The translations under genes and the position numbers were made by a program. Shown here in pieces: positions 20,379 to 29,112 of a stretch of 64,000 nt of DNA. The number at the start of each line of letters is the position of its first letter. Positions within the stretch are counted from its first letter, which is position 1. The DNA comes from Alphaproteobacteria bacterium (GTDB lineage: Bacteria; Pseudomonadota; Alphaproteobacteria; MPNO01): positions 2,848,040 to 2,912,039 of the forward strand of contig OZ241868.1 of the NCBI GenBank assembly GCA_965202905.1, written 5' to 3'. Under the pieces are notes generated by a model. The model made no database searches. It was not told the origin of the DNA and was given only the letters and a program-made list of their open reading frames with translations.

Positions 20379-21440
20379 TTATTTCTTGCCGACGAAGTCC
20401 TTGATGAAGGCGACCACCTTTGGCGAGACTCGGCCGGCGGCCTGGACGTGGGCCTGGGCGGCCGCGGCCTGGATCAGGTTTGGCGGCGCCTTGATGACCT
20501 TGATGTAGTCGGCGGCGAAGGCCTTGTCGTCGGCCAGCGCCCGCCACGCCGCACGCAGGTCCCCGATCGCCGCATCGGGCGTGCCGGCCGGGGCGAACGA
20601 GCCGCGCAGCATATTGACCGAGAGGTTGTTGATCAGCGCGAAGGCCTCGTACTTGACGCCGGACGGCGCCTTGCCCTTGAGCCGCTTGTAGACGTCGATA
20701 AAGGTCGGGACGCCTTTGAGGTGCGGATTGCGCACCGCCATGCCCGAGGCGTCGACGGCCGAGTAGTACCACAGCGCGATCGCGTGGCCCGGCTCGATCA
20801 GGTTGGGCTCGACGTTCTTGCGAAAGCCCGGCACCGAGCCGCAGGAGAACTGCGTTTCGTTCTGCATCACCGAGGCGACGACCTTGGCGAGACCGCGGTA
20901 GCCGGTGACGTATTTGTAGTCCGCGCCGAGCAAATCGAGAGCCATGCGCAGCCGGACGTCGTGCGAGGACGTTGTGCGCATACCGGCGGCCTTGAAGCCC
21001 TTCTGCATCAAGAGATCGTCGACCTTGGCGATGCCGGAGCCCACATCCTTGCGCACGTAGCACACCTGCGGATGGCCGATGCCGGCGAGCCAGATGAAGT
21101 CGGAGAAGTCGACCCTGAGGCCCGGATCCTCCAGGAGCTGGGAGATCAGCGGCGGGGTGAAGATGGCGATGGTCCGCCCGTCGGGCTTGGCGACCTCGCC
21201 CATGAAGTTGGAGCCGATGATGCCGCCGGCGCCGGCGATGTTCTTGACGATGATCCGCGGGCTGCCGGGGATGTGCTTGCTGAGATGCTTGGCGACCAGC
21301 CGCCCTTCGATATCGGTCGGACCGCCGGCCGAGTAGTTGATCAACACGGTAATCCGCTTGCCCTGATAGAACTGGGCGTCGGCCGGCCCGCCAAGCGCGG
21401 CGAGTACGCCGGCCACGACGGCGAACAGCAGCTTCTTCAT
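20379..21440 (-). CDS. TctC/Bug-family substrate-binding protein
   Basis: Signal peptide, YSAGGPTD, KHIPGSPRIIVKN.AGAGG, KPDG. Confidence 0.85.
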   Translation of the reverse strand: MKKLLFAVVAGVLAALGGPADAQFYQGKRITVLINYSAGGPTDIEGRLVAKHLSKHIPGSPRIIVKNIAGAGGIIGSNFMGEVAKPDGRTIAIFTPPLISQLLEDPGLRVDFSDFIWLAGIGHPQVCYVRKDVGSGIAKVDDLLMQKGFKAAGMRTTSSHDVRLRMALDLLGADYKYVTGYRGLAKVVASVMQNETQFSCGSVPGFRKNVEPNLIEPGHAIALWYYSAVDASGMAVRNPHLKGVPTFIDVYKRLKGKAPSGVKYEAFALINNLSVNMLRGSFAPAGTPDAAIGDLRAAWRALADDKAFAADYIKVIKAPPNLIQAAAAQAHVQAAGRVSPKVVAFIKDFVGKK

Positions 21441-21494
21441 GGTGATCTCCCGTGATTGGAGGTGATGTCGCCTCCGATGCCCGGCCGGCCCAGC

Positions 21495-22340
21495 CTAGCG
21501 CTGGTCCGACAGCAGCGTGCCCAGCTTGAACGGCTCGAAGGTCGGTTTGTAGCTCTTTTCGTCCAGGAACTGGCGCATGCCGGTCTTGTAGGAGTCCTCG
21601 GCGTCGCCGATCTTGATCGCCTTGCCCTTCTCGGCCAGGTAGTCGTAGGCCTGATCGAAGTCCATGGTGCGGACTTGGCGGACCGCCTGCTTGGTCGCGC
21701 GCAGCACCGCCGGGCTCTTGGCCATCAGCTTCCCCGCGAGCTCGATCGTCTCGGCCTCGAGATCGGCCAGCGGCACGGCGTAGTTGACCATGCCGATCCG
21801 GGCCGCCTCGTCGCCGTCGAACGGCTCGCCCAGGCAACAATAGTAGAGCGCGTGGCGCGGCAGCACGGCGTCGGAAACCACCTTGGAGACCAGCGCCCCG
21901 GGCAGGATGCCCCAGTTGACCTCCGACAGCGAGAACGTCGCCTCCTTGGCGGCGATCGCGAAATCGGTCGCCAGGAGCTGCATGAACGCCCCGCCGACGC
22001 AGTAGCCGTGGATCATCGCGATGGTCGGCTTGTCGTAGTTGTACAGCCGTTGCCAGCGCCAGCTATTGGCGTGCCGCTGCGCCTTCTTGCGCTCGAAGGG
22101 ATCGTTCTCCAGCTCGCGGAAGAATTTCTTGAGGTCCTGTCCAGCGCTGAAATTGCCGTCCGCGCCGGTGACCACGAGGACTTTTACGTCCGGATCGACC
22201 TCCAGCCGCGCCAGCGCGTCGTCCATGTCGTAATGAAGCTGGGGGCTCATCGCGTTGCGCTTCTCCGGGCGGTTCATGATCGCCCAGGCGACGCCGTCGC
22301 GAATGTCGACCTTGACGCATTCGTAGGAATAGTCGGCCAT
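21495..22340 (-). CDS. p-Hydroxycinnamoyl/feruloyl-CoA hydratase-lyase (crotonase family)
   Basis: NRPEKRNAMSP, SEVNWGILPG.LVSK, GMRQFLDEKSYKP resemble characterised HCHL/Ech. Confidence 0.85.
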   Translation of the reverse strand: MADYSYECVKVDIRDGVAWAIMNRPEKRNAMSPQLHYDMDDALARLEVDPDVKVLVVTGADGNFSAGQDLKKFFRELENDPFERKKAQRHANSWRWQRLYNYDKPTIAMIHGYCVGGAFMQLLATDFAIAAKEATFSLSEVNWGILPGALVSKVVSDAVLPRHALYYCCLGEPFDGDEAARIGMVNYAVPLADLEAETIELAGKLMAKSPAVLRATKQAVRQVRTMDFDQAYDYLAEKGKAIKIGDAEDSYKTGMRQFLDEKSYKPTFEPFKLGTLLSDQR

Positions 22341-22406
22341 GCGGCCCCCCTTTGTCTTTGCAGAAGCCCCGTCGATGCGGAAAGCTTAGCCCATCGGCGG
22401 GCCGGA

Positions 22407-23564
22407 TCAACCGCCATACTCGCGCAGAACCCGTCGGGCAAGCGCCATCTTGAGGATCTCGGTCGGCCCTTCGGTGATGATGAAGCTGCGCTGATCGCGC
22501 CAGAAGCGCTCGATCGGCAGATCGGTGGTCAGCCCGACGCCGCCGTGGATCTGCAAACAGCGGTCCGCCGCCTCGAAGGATTTCGTGTCGCCGAGGTACT
22601 TGCACATATAGGCCTCGTGGCGGACATCCTCGCCGCGGTCGGCCTTCCAGGCGGCGTGGTGGACGATCAACCGAAGCTGGTGAAGATCCGCATAGGTGTC
22701 GACCAGCATCCACTGGACCGCCTGGCGCTCGGCGAGCGGCTGGCCAAAGGTCACGCGCTGCCCGGCGTAGCGCGCGCCGAGCTCCAGGCAACGCTCCATC
22801 ACCCCCATGCCGCGCGCGCCGTGGCGGATGCGCCCGGCGCTGATCCAGTTCTGGGCGAACTTGAAGCCCTCGCCCTCCTCGCCGATGCGGTTCCGGGCCG
22901 GCACCCGAACGTCCTCGAAGGCGATCTCCCACGGCCGGTCGTCCATCATGGTCTCCTGGGCGCGCAGCAGCTTCACCCCCCGGGTTTCCATGTCCACCAG
23001 GAAGCCCGAGATGCCGCCGCGCGAGCCCTTGGACCGGTCGGTTGCCGCGAAGACCTGGGCGAAATCGGCCTCGTCCGCGCCGGTGATGAACCGCTTCATG
23101 CCGTTTATCACATATGTGTCGCCGTCCCGGATCGCCGTCGTCCGCATTGCGCCCGGGTCCCCGCCGGCGTCAGGCTCGGTATGGGCGAAGCAGGCCTGCC
23201 GCCGGCCGGCGATGACCGGTTTCAGGTAGCGCTCCTTCTGCTCACCGTTGAGAAAGTAGAGGATCGGGCTGACGCTGGGGCCGAAGATGCTGGCGCCCCG
23301 TGTCGGCAGCGCGATGGTGCGGCCGAGTTCGGACCACACCACGACGCGGGCGAGCAGGCCGAGCCCCAACCCGCCGTGGTCTTCCGGCACGTCATAGAGC
23401 CACAGGCCGAGTTCCTTCGCCTTTGCCTCGAGATCCGCGCGGATCTCCGGCTTGATCTTGTTGCCGATGCAGGTCTCGCGTTCGATCGGGACGAGCTCGC
23501 GGTCAACGAATCTGCGCACCGTCTCCTTGAGCATGCGCAGCTCGTCGGGCAGCTCGAAATTCAT
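22407..23564 (-). CDS. Acyl-CoA dehydrogenase
   Basis: FAHTEPDAGGD, NGMKRFIT, QIHGGVG, ITEGPTE. Confidence 0.9.
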   Translation of the reverse strand: MNFELPDELRMLKETVRRFVDRELVPIERETCIGNKIKPEIRADLEAKAKELGLWLYDVPEDHGGLGLGLLARVVVWSELGRTIALPTRGASIFGPSVSPILYFLNGEQKERYLKPVIAGRRQACFAHTEPDAGGDPGAMRTTAIRDGDTYVINGMKRFITGADEADFAQVFAATDRSKGSRGGISGFLVDMETRGVKLLRAQETMMDDRPWEIAFEDVRVPARNRIGEEGEGFKFAQNWISAGRIRHGARGMGVMERCLELGARYAGQRVTFGQPLAERQAVQWMLVDTYADLHQLRLIVHHAAWKADRGEDVRHEAYMCKYLGDTKSFEAADRCLQIHGGVGLTTDLPIERFWRDQRSFIITEGPTEILKMALARRVLREYGG

Positions 23565-23612
23565 CGCGCCCGTCCCAGCCCCCTCGACCCCACCCTCCAT
23601 CGACCGTCTCCT

Positions 23613-25697
23613 TCAGGACTCCTGCCCGCCCGCGGCCGATCGGCGGCCGATCGTCCGGATATCGACCGCGCGCACCCCTTCGCCGCGCCCCAGCACCGTC
23701 AACGGGTTGATCTCGATGTCCGAGAACCGCCGATCGGCAGCCAGAAACACGTCGGACAGGCCGATCATCGCGCCGACCAGGGCGTCCACGTCCCGCCCGG
23801 GCCGGCCGCGAAACGGCTCCAGCAGCGCTGCGCTGCGCAGCGAAGACAGCATCGCGCGCGCCTCTGTCTCGTCGATCGGCAGCAGCCGGAAGGCGAGATC
23901 GCTCAGCACCTCGGCGGCGACGCCGCCGAGCCCGGCGACCATGAACGGCCCGAACTGCGGATCTTCACGCACGCCGAGCAGGATCTCCAGCCCCTCGACC
24001 ATCTCCTGGACCAGGAACCCGTCCAGCCGGGCGCCGGGCGCCGCGTCCTCGAGCCGGCCGGCGATGTCGGCGGCGGCGCGGGCCACCGAGTCCGCGTCGC
24101 CGAGACCCAGCGCGACCCCGCCGATCTCGGTCTTGTGGTTCGCGGCCGGCGAGACGATTTTGAGCGCGACCGGGAACCCGATTTCGCCGGCGCGGCGCGC
24201 CGCGGCCCCCGGATCGGCGGCGAGCGCGCTCACGGGTTCCGGCAGCCCGGCGGCCGCAAGCGCGGCGGCGATGTCGCCGTCGACCGGCCCCCGCTTCACC
24301 GCTTCGGGAAGCCCCTGCCGGCGTCGCGCCGCATACCCGGTCAAGGCCTTGAGCGCGCGCACGGTCTCCGGCAGGCCCTGGATGAAGGGAACCGCCGCTT
24401 TCTCCTGGAACACCCGGCCGGCGTCCCCGACATTCTGGCCCATCCGCACATGGGCGATCGTCGGCGTGCCGAGGGCGGCGACGCCCGCGAACGTCTCGGG
24501 GTCCGCCTCGTCGTGCTCCGAGGCCGGAAGCTGGCCCTGCATCGACAGGACATCGACGTTGGGATCGGCCGCGATCAGCTTGCAGATCTCGGCGAACTTC
24601 CCGGGCCGGCGGGCGAGCCCCGCGCCGGTATCCAGCGGGTTGGTCGGCTTGAGCCCCGGATCGAGCAACGGCCGCAGCGCAGCATTGGTCGGTTCGGTGA
24701 ATTCCGCGAGCGCGAGGCCCGTCATCGTCGCGTAGTCGAGGAACAGCCCCTTCGCGCCGCCGGAGAAGCCGGCCATCGCCACGCGCCCGCCCGCCGGCAG
24801 CGCGCATTTGGAGAAGACCAGCGCGGCCTCGATCATGTCGTCGAGCCCGTGACAGCGCACGACGCCGTAGCGGTCGCAGACGGCGTTGAAGATATCGTCG
24901 TCGCCCGCGGCCGCGCCAGTATGGCTCGCCGCCGCCCGGTTGCCGGCGGCGCTGGCGCCGGCCTTGACCGCGACGACGGGCTTTCCCGCCGCAAGCGCCT
25001 TGGCGGCCGCCGCCATGAACGGCCCGGGCCGGCGGATCCCCTCCAACATGCAGGCGATCACCTTCGTTTCCGGGTCGTCGACCATGAAGGACAGGTAGTC
25101 GGCGACGTCGAGGTCGAGCTCGTTGCCGGAGGAGACCGCATAGGAGAAGCCGAGCCCGCGCACCGCGCCCTGTTGCAGCCAGTACTGGAACGTGCCGCCG
25201 GATTGGAAGATCACCCCGACGCCGCCGCGCGGCAGGCCGCGGACCCGGCTCGCCGGATAGAACAGCAGAGTCTCGGGCAGCGAGATCGCGCCCATGCAGT
25301 TGGGCCCGCAAACCCGCAGGCCCCGGTCGCACAGCGCGCGCAACGCGCGTGCGCGACCGGCGCCCGGCTCGTCGCCGCCCTCGCCGAAGCGCGCGGCATA
25401 GACCAGCCCTGCCTTGAGGCCGCGGTCCAGCCCCTCGGCCAGGGACCCGACCACGCCTTCGGCCGGAATGACGGTGAGCGCCAGATCGACCGGCTCGGGC
25501 AGGCTCGCGAATGACGGGTAGACCGGCCGCGACCACAGGGTCTCGCGTCGCGGATTGATCAAGTAGACCGGGATCGGGAATCCGGCGTGGGCCACGTTGT
25601 CGAAGATCGCCCGCGCCCATCCGCCGCCGCCGGACTCCGAGGCGCCGACGATCGCCGCCGAGCGCGGCCGGAACAGCCCTTCGACAGACCGGAACAC
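23613..25697 (-). CDS. ADP-forming acyl-CoA synthetase (acetate/feruloyl-CoA ligase family)
   Basis: PRSAAIVGAS, GPNCMG, QSG, SHTG, NPLD, ATP-grasp HKTEIGGV, IEINPL. Confidence 0.88.
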   Translation of the reverse strand: MFRSVEGLFRPRSAAIVGASESGGGGWARAIFDNVAHAGFPIPVYLINPRRETLWSRPVYPSFASLPEPVDLALTVIPAEGVVGSLAEGLDRGLKAGLVYAARFGEGGDEPGAGRARALRALCDRGLRVCGPNCMGAISLPETLLFYPASRVRGLPRGGVGVIFQSGGTFQYWLQQGAVRGLGFSYAVSSGNELDLDVADYLSFMVDDPETKVIACMLEGIRRPGPFMAAAAKALAAGKPVVAVKAGASAAGNRAAASHTGAAAGDDDIFNAVCDRYGVVRCHGLDDMIEAALVFSKCALPAGGRVAMAGFSGGAKGLFLDYATMTGLALAEFTEPTNAALRPLLDPGLKPTNPLDTGAGLARRPGKFAEICKLIAADPNVDVLSMQGQLPASEHDEADPETFAGVAALGTPTIAHVRMGQNVGDAGRVFQEKAAVPFIQGLPETVRALKALTGYAARRRQGLPEAVKRGPVDGDIAAALAAAGLPEPVSALAADPGAAARRAGEIGFPVALKIVSPAANHKTEIGGVALGLGDADSVARAAADIAGRLEDAAPGARLDGFLVQEMVEGLEILLGVREDPQFGPFMVAGLGGVAAEVLSDLAFRLLPIDETEARAMLSSLRSAALLEPFRGRPGRDVDALVGAMIGLSDVFLAADRRFSDIEINPLTVLGRGEGVRAVDIRTIGRRSAAGGQES

Positions 25698-25919
25698 GCA
25701 TCCCCCTTTTTCATTTTCCGCCCGCGTGCAGACGGCGGGCCGGCGACCGAGTATCGGGAGGGCGAGGCGTCGGCGTCAAGCCGACCGATCGTCAAGCGGC
25801 GGATTTCAAACGGAGACCTCATCTAAACGTTTGCGGCGGCGTCGGCTGTGATGTGGCCGTCTGCATTGCGCCGTGCGGCGACATCCGGATCGACCGAGGC
25901 CCTGGAGGAGGAGTGAGAC

Positions 25920-26087
25920 ATGAACGATGACGTGAAAAAGACCATCGAGACTGCTCCCACCGCGAAGGGCGGCAGCGCGGAGACGACACGCTGGACCCGG
26001 CCGGCGATCCACGAACTGGGCCGCGTTCAGAGGACGGAAAGCGGCACTACGGTTACGGAAGAAGAAAATTCGGGTTGCAATGAGTAA
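25920..26087 (+). CDS. Lasso peptide precursor 1 (55 aa; below ORF-track cutoff)
   Basis: GGAGGAGG RBS; MNDDVKKTIETAPTAKGGSAETTRWTRPAIHELGRVQRTE|SGTTVTEEENSGCNE; WxxP leader, Thr(-2), Glu9. Confidence 0.8.
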   Translation: MNDDVKKTIETAPTAKGGSAETTRWTRPAIHELGRVQRTESGTTVTEEENSGCNE

Positions 26088-26130
26088 TCATGACGCACGG
26101 CCGCCTTCAATCTGCGGATAGCGCGGCGTC

Positions 26131-26355
26131 GGGCCGGCGCTCGACGATCTGGTGTTGCGCCAGCGCTTGCGGGTGGGGCGCTACGACGAGACGCTCACCG
26201 ACATGAACGCCCGCCAGATCGCCCGGCTGGACGACGAACGGATCGCGCTGTTCAGCCGGGTGTTCCGGGAGCATCGGGAGGTGTTCGACTGTTTCGGCTA
26301 CGAGATCCGCGCCCCGTCGCAGCCGCCGCTCGACACGATCGGGGGCCGGATGTAA
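26131..26355 (+). pseudogene. Possible C-terminal remnant of a sulfotransferase-like gene
   Basis: PALDDLVLRQRL...TDMNARQIARLD...FDCFGY; protein-like codon usage with no N-terminal part; family call from recollection only. Confidence 0.4.
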
Positions 26356-26407
26356 GATCGCCGCGAACTTGGGGCCGCGCGGCGGCGGGAGCGGGGAGTA
26401 CGCCTCT

Positions 26408-26737
26408 TTGGACACTGATTTGGACACCGACTTGGGCATCGACTTGAGTTCCGTCGTCGAGCGCAACGACGACATCGTCTTCACCGACCTCGACGACGCC
26501 ATCGTGATGATGGACGCCGACATGGGCCGCTACTACGAGTTCGACAAGACGGCGGCCCGTATCTGGTCCCTGATCGAAACCCGCCCCACTGTGGCCGAGC
26601 TGTGCGCCGCGCTGGACGCGGAATACGACGACGTCGATTCCGACACCTGCCGCACCGACGTGCTCGGCTTCCTGGCGGAGGCCCGCGAGCTCGGGCTCAT
26701 CCGCGCGAGCCCGCGCCAGGACGGCGCCGACCGATGA
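26408..26737 (+). CDS. PqqD-family RiPP recognition element (lasso B1)
   Basis: DIVFTDLDDAIVMMD...GRYYEFDKTAARIWSLI...LDAEYD...DVLGFL; GGGGAG RBS before TTG. Confidence 0.88.
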   Translation: MDTDLDTDLGIDLSSVVERNDDIVFTDLDDAIVMMDADMGRYYEFDKTAARIWSLIETRPTVAELCAALDAEYDDVDSDTCRTDVLGFLAEARELGLIRASPRQDGADR

Positions 26738-26850
26738 CCGCCCGCCGAACGCGTCACGCATCCGATCTGTCCCCGCGTTACGGGGCGGGGTGGGCAGGGC
26801 GGTTTTAGCGACGCCCCGCTTGACGCGGCCGGCGACCGCGCATGAGGACT

Positions 26851-26879
26851 TTGCTAATCTGGAGCGCTGCCTGTATAGT
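26851..26879 (+). promoter_or_regulatory. Sigma70-type promoter of precursor 2
   Basis: TTGCTA-17 nt-TATAGT about 70 nt upstream of ATG 26948. Confidence 0.55.
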
Positions 26880-26947
26880 CTGGAGCGCCGCGCGATGGTG
26901 ACCGGACCGGCCGAAGCCGGGACCGAGGCGAGGAAGGGGAATGAGAC

Positions 26948-27157
26948 ATGAACGACGGCGTGAAGGAAGACTTTCAAAGATTACCCTCCCCGCCCCGCCC
27001 CGCGAGGGATAGCGGCGTGGAGCGGGCGCGCTGGACCCGGCCGATCGTCCGTGAACTGGGCTGCGTCCAGGAGACGGAAACCGGCTACCACCTGGCGCCG
27101 TTCGAGGGTAATTATACCAGCCCCACAGGCAGAGATACGGGAGAAACATTCTCATAG
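26948..27157 (+). CDS. Lasso peptide precursor 2 (69 aa)
   Basis: ...RWTRPIVRELGCVQETE|TGYHLAPFEGNYTSPTGRDTGETFS; Thr(-2), Glu9, C-terminal Ser. Confidence 0.85.
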   Translation: MNDGVKEDFQRLPSPPRPARDSGVERARWTRPIVRELGCVQETETGYHLAPFEGNYTSPTGRDTGETFS

Positions 27158-27296
27158 CGCACGCTCATGGCGCACGGCCGTCCTCCGTGGCGGGCGGTGT
27201 GTGCGCCCGGGTCAGTTGGGGCTTGCTTTTGCGCCGCGCCCGGGGATATGATCCGCGCGCTTCGCCCTTCCCGACAATACGGTTGACAGACGGCCC

Positions 27297-28226
27297 ATGA
27301 GTACCGACAGCTACACCGCCTACGGCCTGCACATCCGCTCCGAGCTTGCGCTGCACTTTCCGCCGGCCGATCCGGCGATGGCCGCCACGGCCGCCGATGT
27401 GACGGTTCGTCTCGGCGCGGCGCCCGCCGCCCTGCCTGCCCCGGCCGACAGCCTGGGGTTCTGGCAGACCGCCCCCGGCGCCTTTCTGCTCGACGTGCAG
27501 GGGGTCGCCCGCTATCTGGTCAGCGACGGTCGCGACATCCTGGTCGATCCTTCGCCGCAGGCGGGGGACCGGGATCTCGGGGTCTTTCTGGCGGGTTCGG
27601 CGATGGGGGCGCTGCTCCAGCAGCGGGGGGTGACGACCCTGCACGCCAGCGCCATCCGGACCGAGGGCGGCGCTGCGTTCTTCCTCGGCCATTCGGGGGC
27701 CGGCAAGTCGACGCTGGCGGCGGCCATGCAGCGGCGCGGCTACGCGCTGCTGGCCGATGACGTCACCGCGCTGTCGTGGGACACCGGCGGCCGACCGCAG
27801 GTGCTGTCGGCCGCCCCCGGGGTCAAGCTGTGGGCCGACGCGCTGAAAGCGCTGAGCCTCGACGGGCGTGAGCGTGAGCGGATACGGGACGGCATAGAGA
27901 AGTACCGGGTATCGCCGGGCGGTTTCTGCGCTGCGCCGCAGCGTCCTTGCGCCGCCTTCGTCCTGGGCGGGCACAACCGGGACGAGTTCGAGACGACGAC
28001 CCTGGGGCGCCGGGACGCCTGCCGTGTGCTGACGACGTTCACCTACCGCCCCCGTTATCGGCGCGGTCTGGGGCAGACGCTGTCGCATTTTCGTATGACG
28101 ACGGCGCTGGCGAAGCAGACGCCGACGATCCGGGTGACGCGGCCGTCGGACCTGTCGCGCATCGAGATGCTGGCGGACCGGATCGAGACGGCGCTGCAAG
28201 CGCCGGAGCAAGCGGTGGCGGGCTGA
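27297..28226 (+). CDS. HPr-kinase-like lasso peptide kinase
   Basis: LHASAI, Walker A GHSGAGKST, LADDV; context resembles paeninodin PadeK-type kinases. Confidence 0.85.
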   Translation: MSTDSYTAYGLHIRSELALHFPPADPAMAATAADVTVRLGAAPAALPAPADSLGFWQTAPGAFLLDVQGVARYLVSDGRDILVDPSPQAGDRDLGVFLAGSAMGALLQQRGVTTLHASAIRTEGGAAFFLGHSGAGKSTLAAAMQRRGYALLADDVTALSWDTGGRPQVLSAAPGVKLWADALKALSLDGRERERIRDGIEKYRVSPGGFCAAPQRPCAAFVLGGHNRDEFETTTLGRRDACRVLTTFTYRPRYRRGLGQTLSHFRMTTALAKQTPTIRVTRPSDLSRIEMLADRIETALQAPEQAVAG

Positions 28227-28236
28227 GGGTCGGGCG

Positions 28237-29112
28237 GTGTCGATCGTCTGGATCGCGGCCTATCCCAAATCCGGCAGCACGTGGCTGCGGACGATGCTGA
28301 CCAACTATCTGCGCCCGGACGACGAGCCGGCTTCGATCAACAATCTGTTGGGCGGCGTGGGCGGCAGCAGCCGGGCGACGTTCGACGATATGCTGGGGCT
28401 GGCCTCGTCCGACATGACGGAGGACGAGGTGCTGCGCTGTCGCCCGTTGTTCCAGGAGTTGCTGGCCGCGGAGCTTCCCGATCCCACCTTCTACAAGACG
28501 CACGAAGCTTGGCTGCGTGGTCCCGGCGGCGCGCCGGTGCATTCCCGCGCGGCGACGGCCGGCGCGGTCTATCTGGTGCGCAACCCGCTGGATGTGGCCG
28601 CGTCCTACGCGCACCACCTGAACCGGCCCGTCGACAAGACCATCGAATGGATGGACGATCCCGACGGCCATGAATGGGGCGGCAGGAAACGGATCACGCA
28701 AACCCTGCCGCAGCGCATGCTCACCTGGAGCGGGCATGTGTCGAGCTGGCTGGACCAGGAAGAGATCCCTCTGCACGTCGTGCGCTACGAGGACATGCTG
28801 GCGGCCACCGTCGACACGCTCGGCGGGATCGTCCGCTTCGCCGGGCTGGATGTCGACGCCGCCCGGCTGGGCCGGGCGGTGGACCACGCGTCGTTCGAGC
28901 GGTTGCAGGCGCAGGAGGCGGATTCCGGGTATCGGGAGAAGCAGGCGACGGCGCGGTCCTTCTTCCGCAGCGGGGTTGCGGGCGGCTGGCGCGAGTCGCT
29001 CGGCGAGGATCAGGTGCGGCGTCTGCTGGCTGCGCACGGGTCGGTCATGGAGCGGTTCGACTATCGGCGCGAGGCCGAGTCGTTTCTGTCGAACGGCGAG
29101 GGCCGCCGATGA
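28237..29112 (+). CDS. PAPS-dependent sulfotransferase
   Basis: 5'-PSB YPKSGSTW, KTH, 3'-PB VRNPLDVAAS, FFRSGVAGGW. Confidence 0.9.
   Translation: MSIVWIAAYPKSGSTWLRTMLTNYLRPDDEPASINNLLGGVGGSSRATFDDMLGLASSDMTEDEVLRCRPLFQELLAAELPDPTFYKTHEAWLRGPGGAPVHSRAATAGAVYLVRNPLDVAASYAHHLNRPVDKTIEWMDDPDGHEWGGRKRITQTLPQRMLTWSGHVSSWLDQEEIPLHVVRYEDMLAATVDTLGGIVRFAGLDVDAARLGRAVDHASFERLQAQEADSGYREKQATARSFFRSGVAGGWRESLGEDQVRRLLAAHGSVMERFDYRREAESFLSNGEGRR

Noticed and set aside
21456-25514. 1352-aa plus-strand ORF and many other long Arg/Ala/Gly-rich ORFs
   Set aside because: Antisense shadows of well-supported genes in high-GC DNA, with no recognisable motifs.
26408-26737. PQQ biosynthesis locus
   Set aside because: No pqqA, B, C or E; the PqqD fold is better explained as a lasso RRE.
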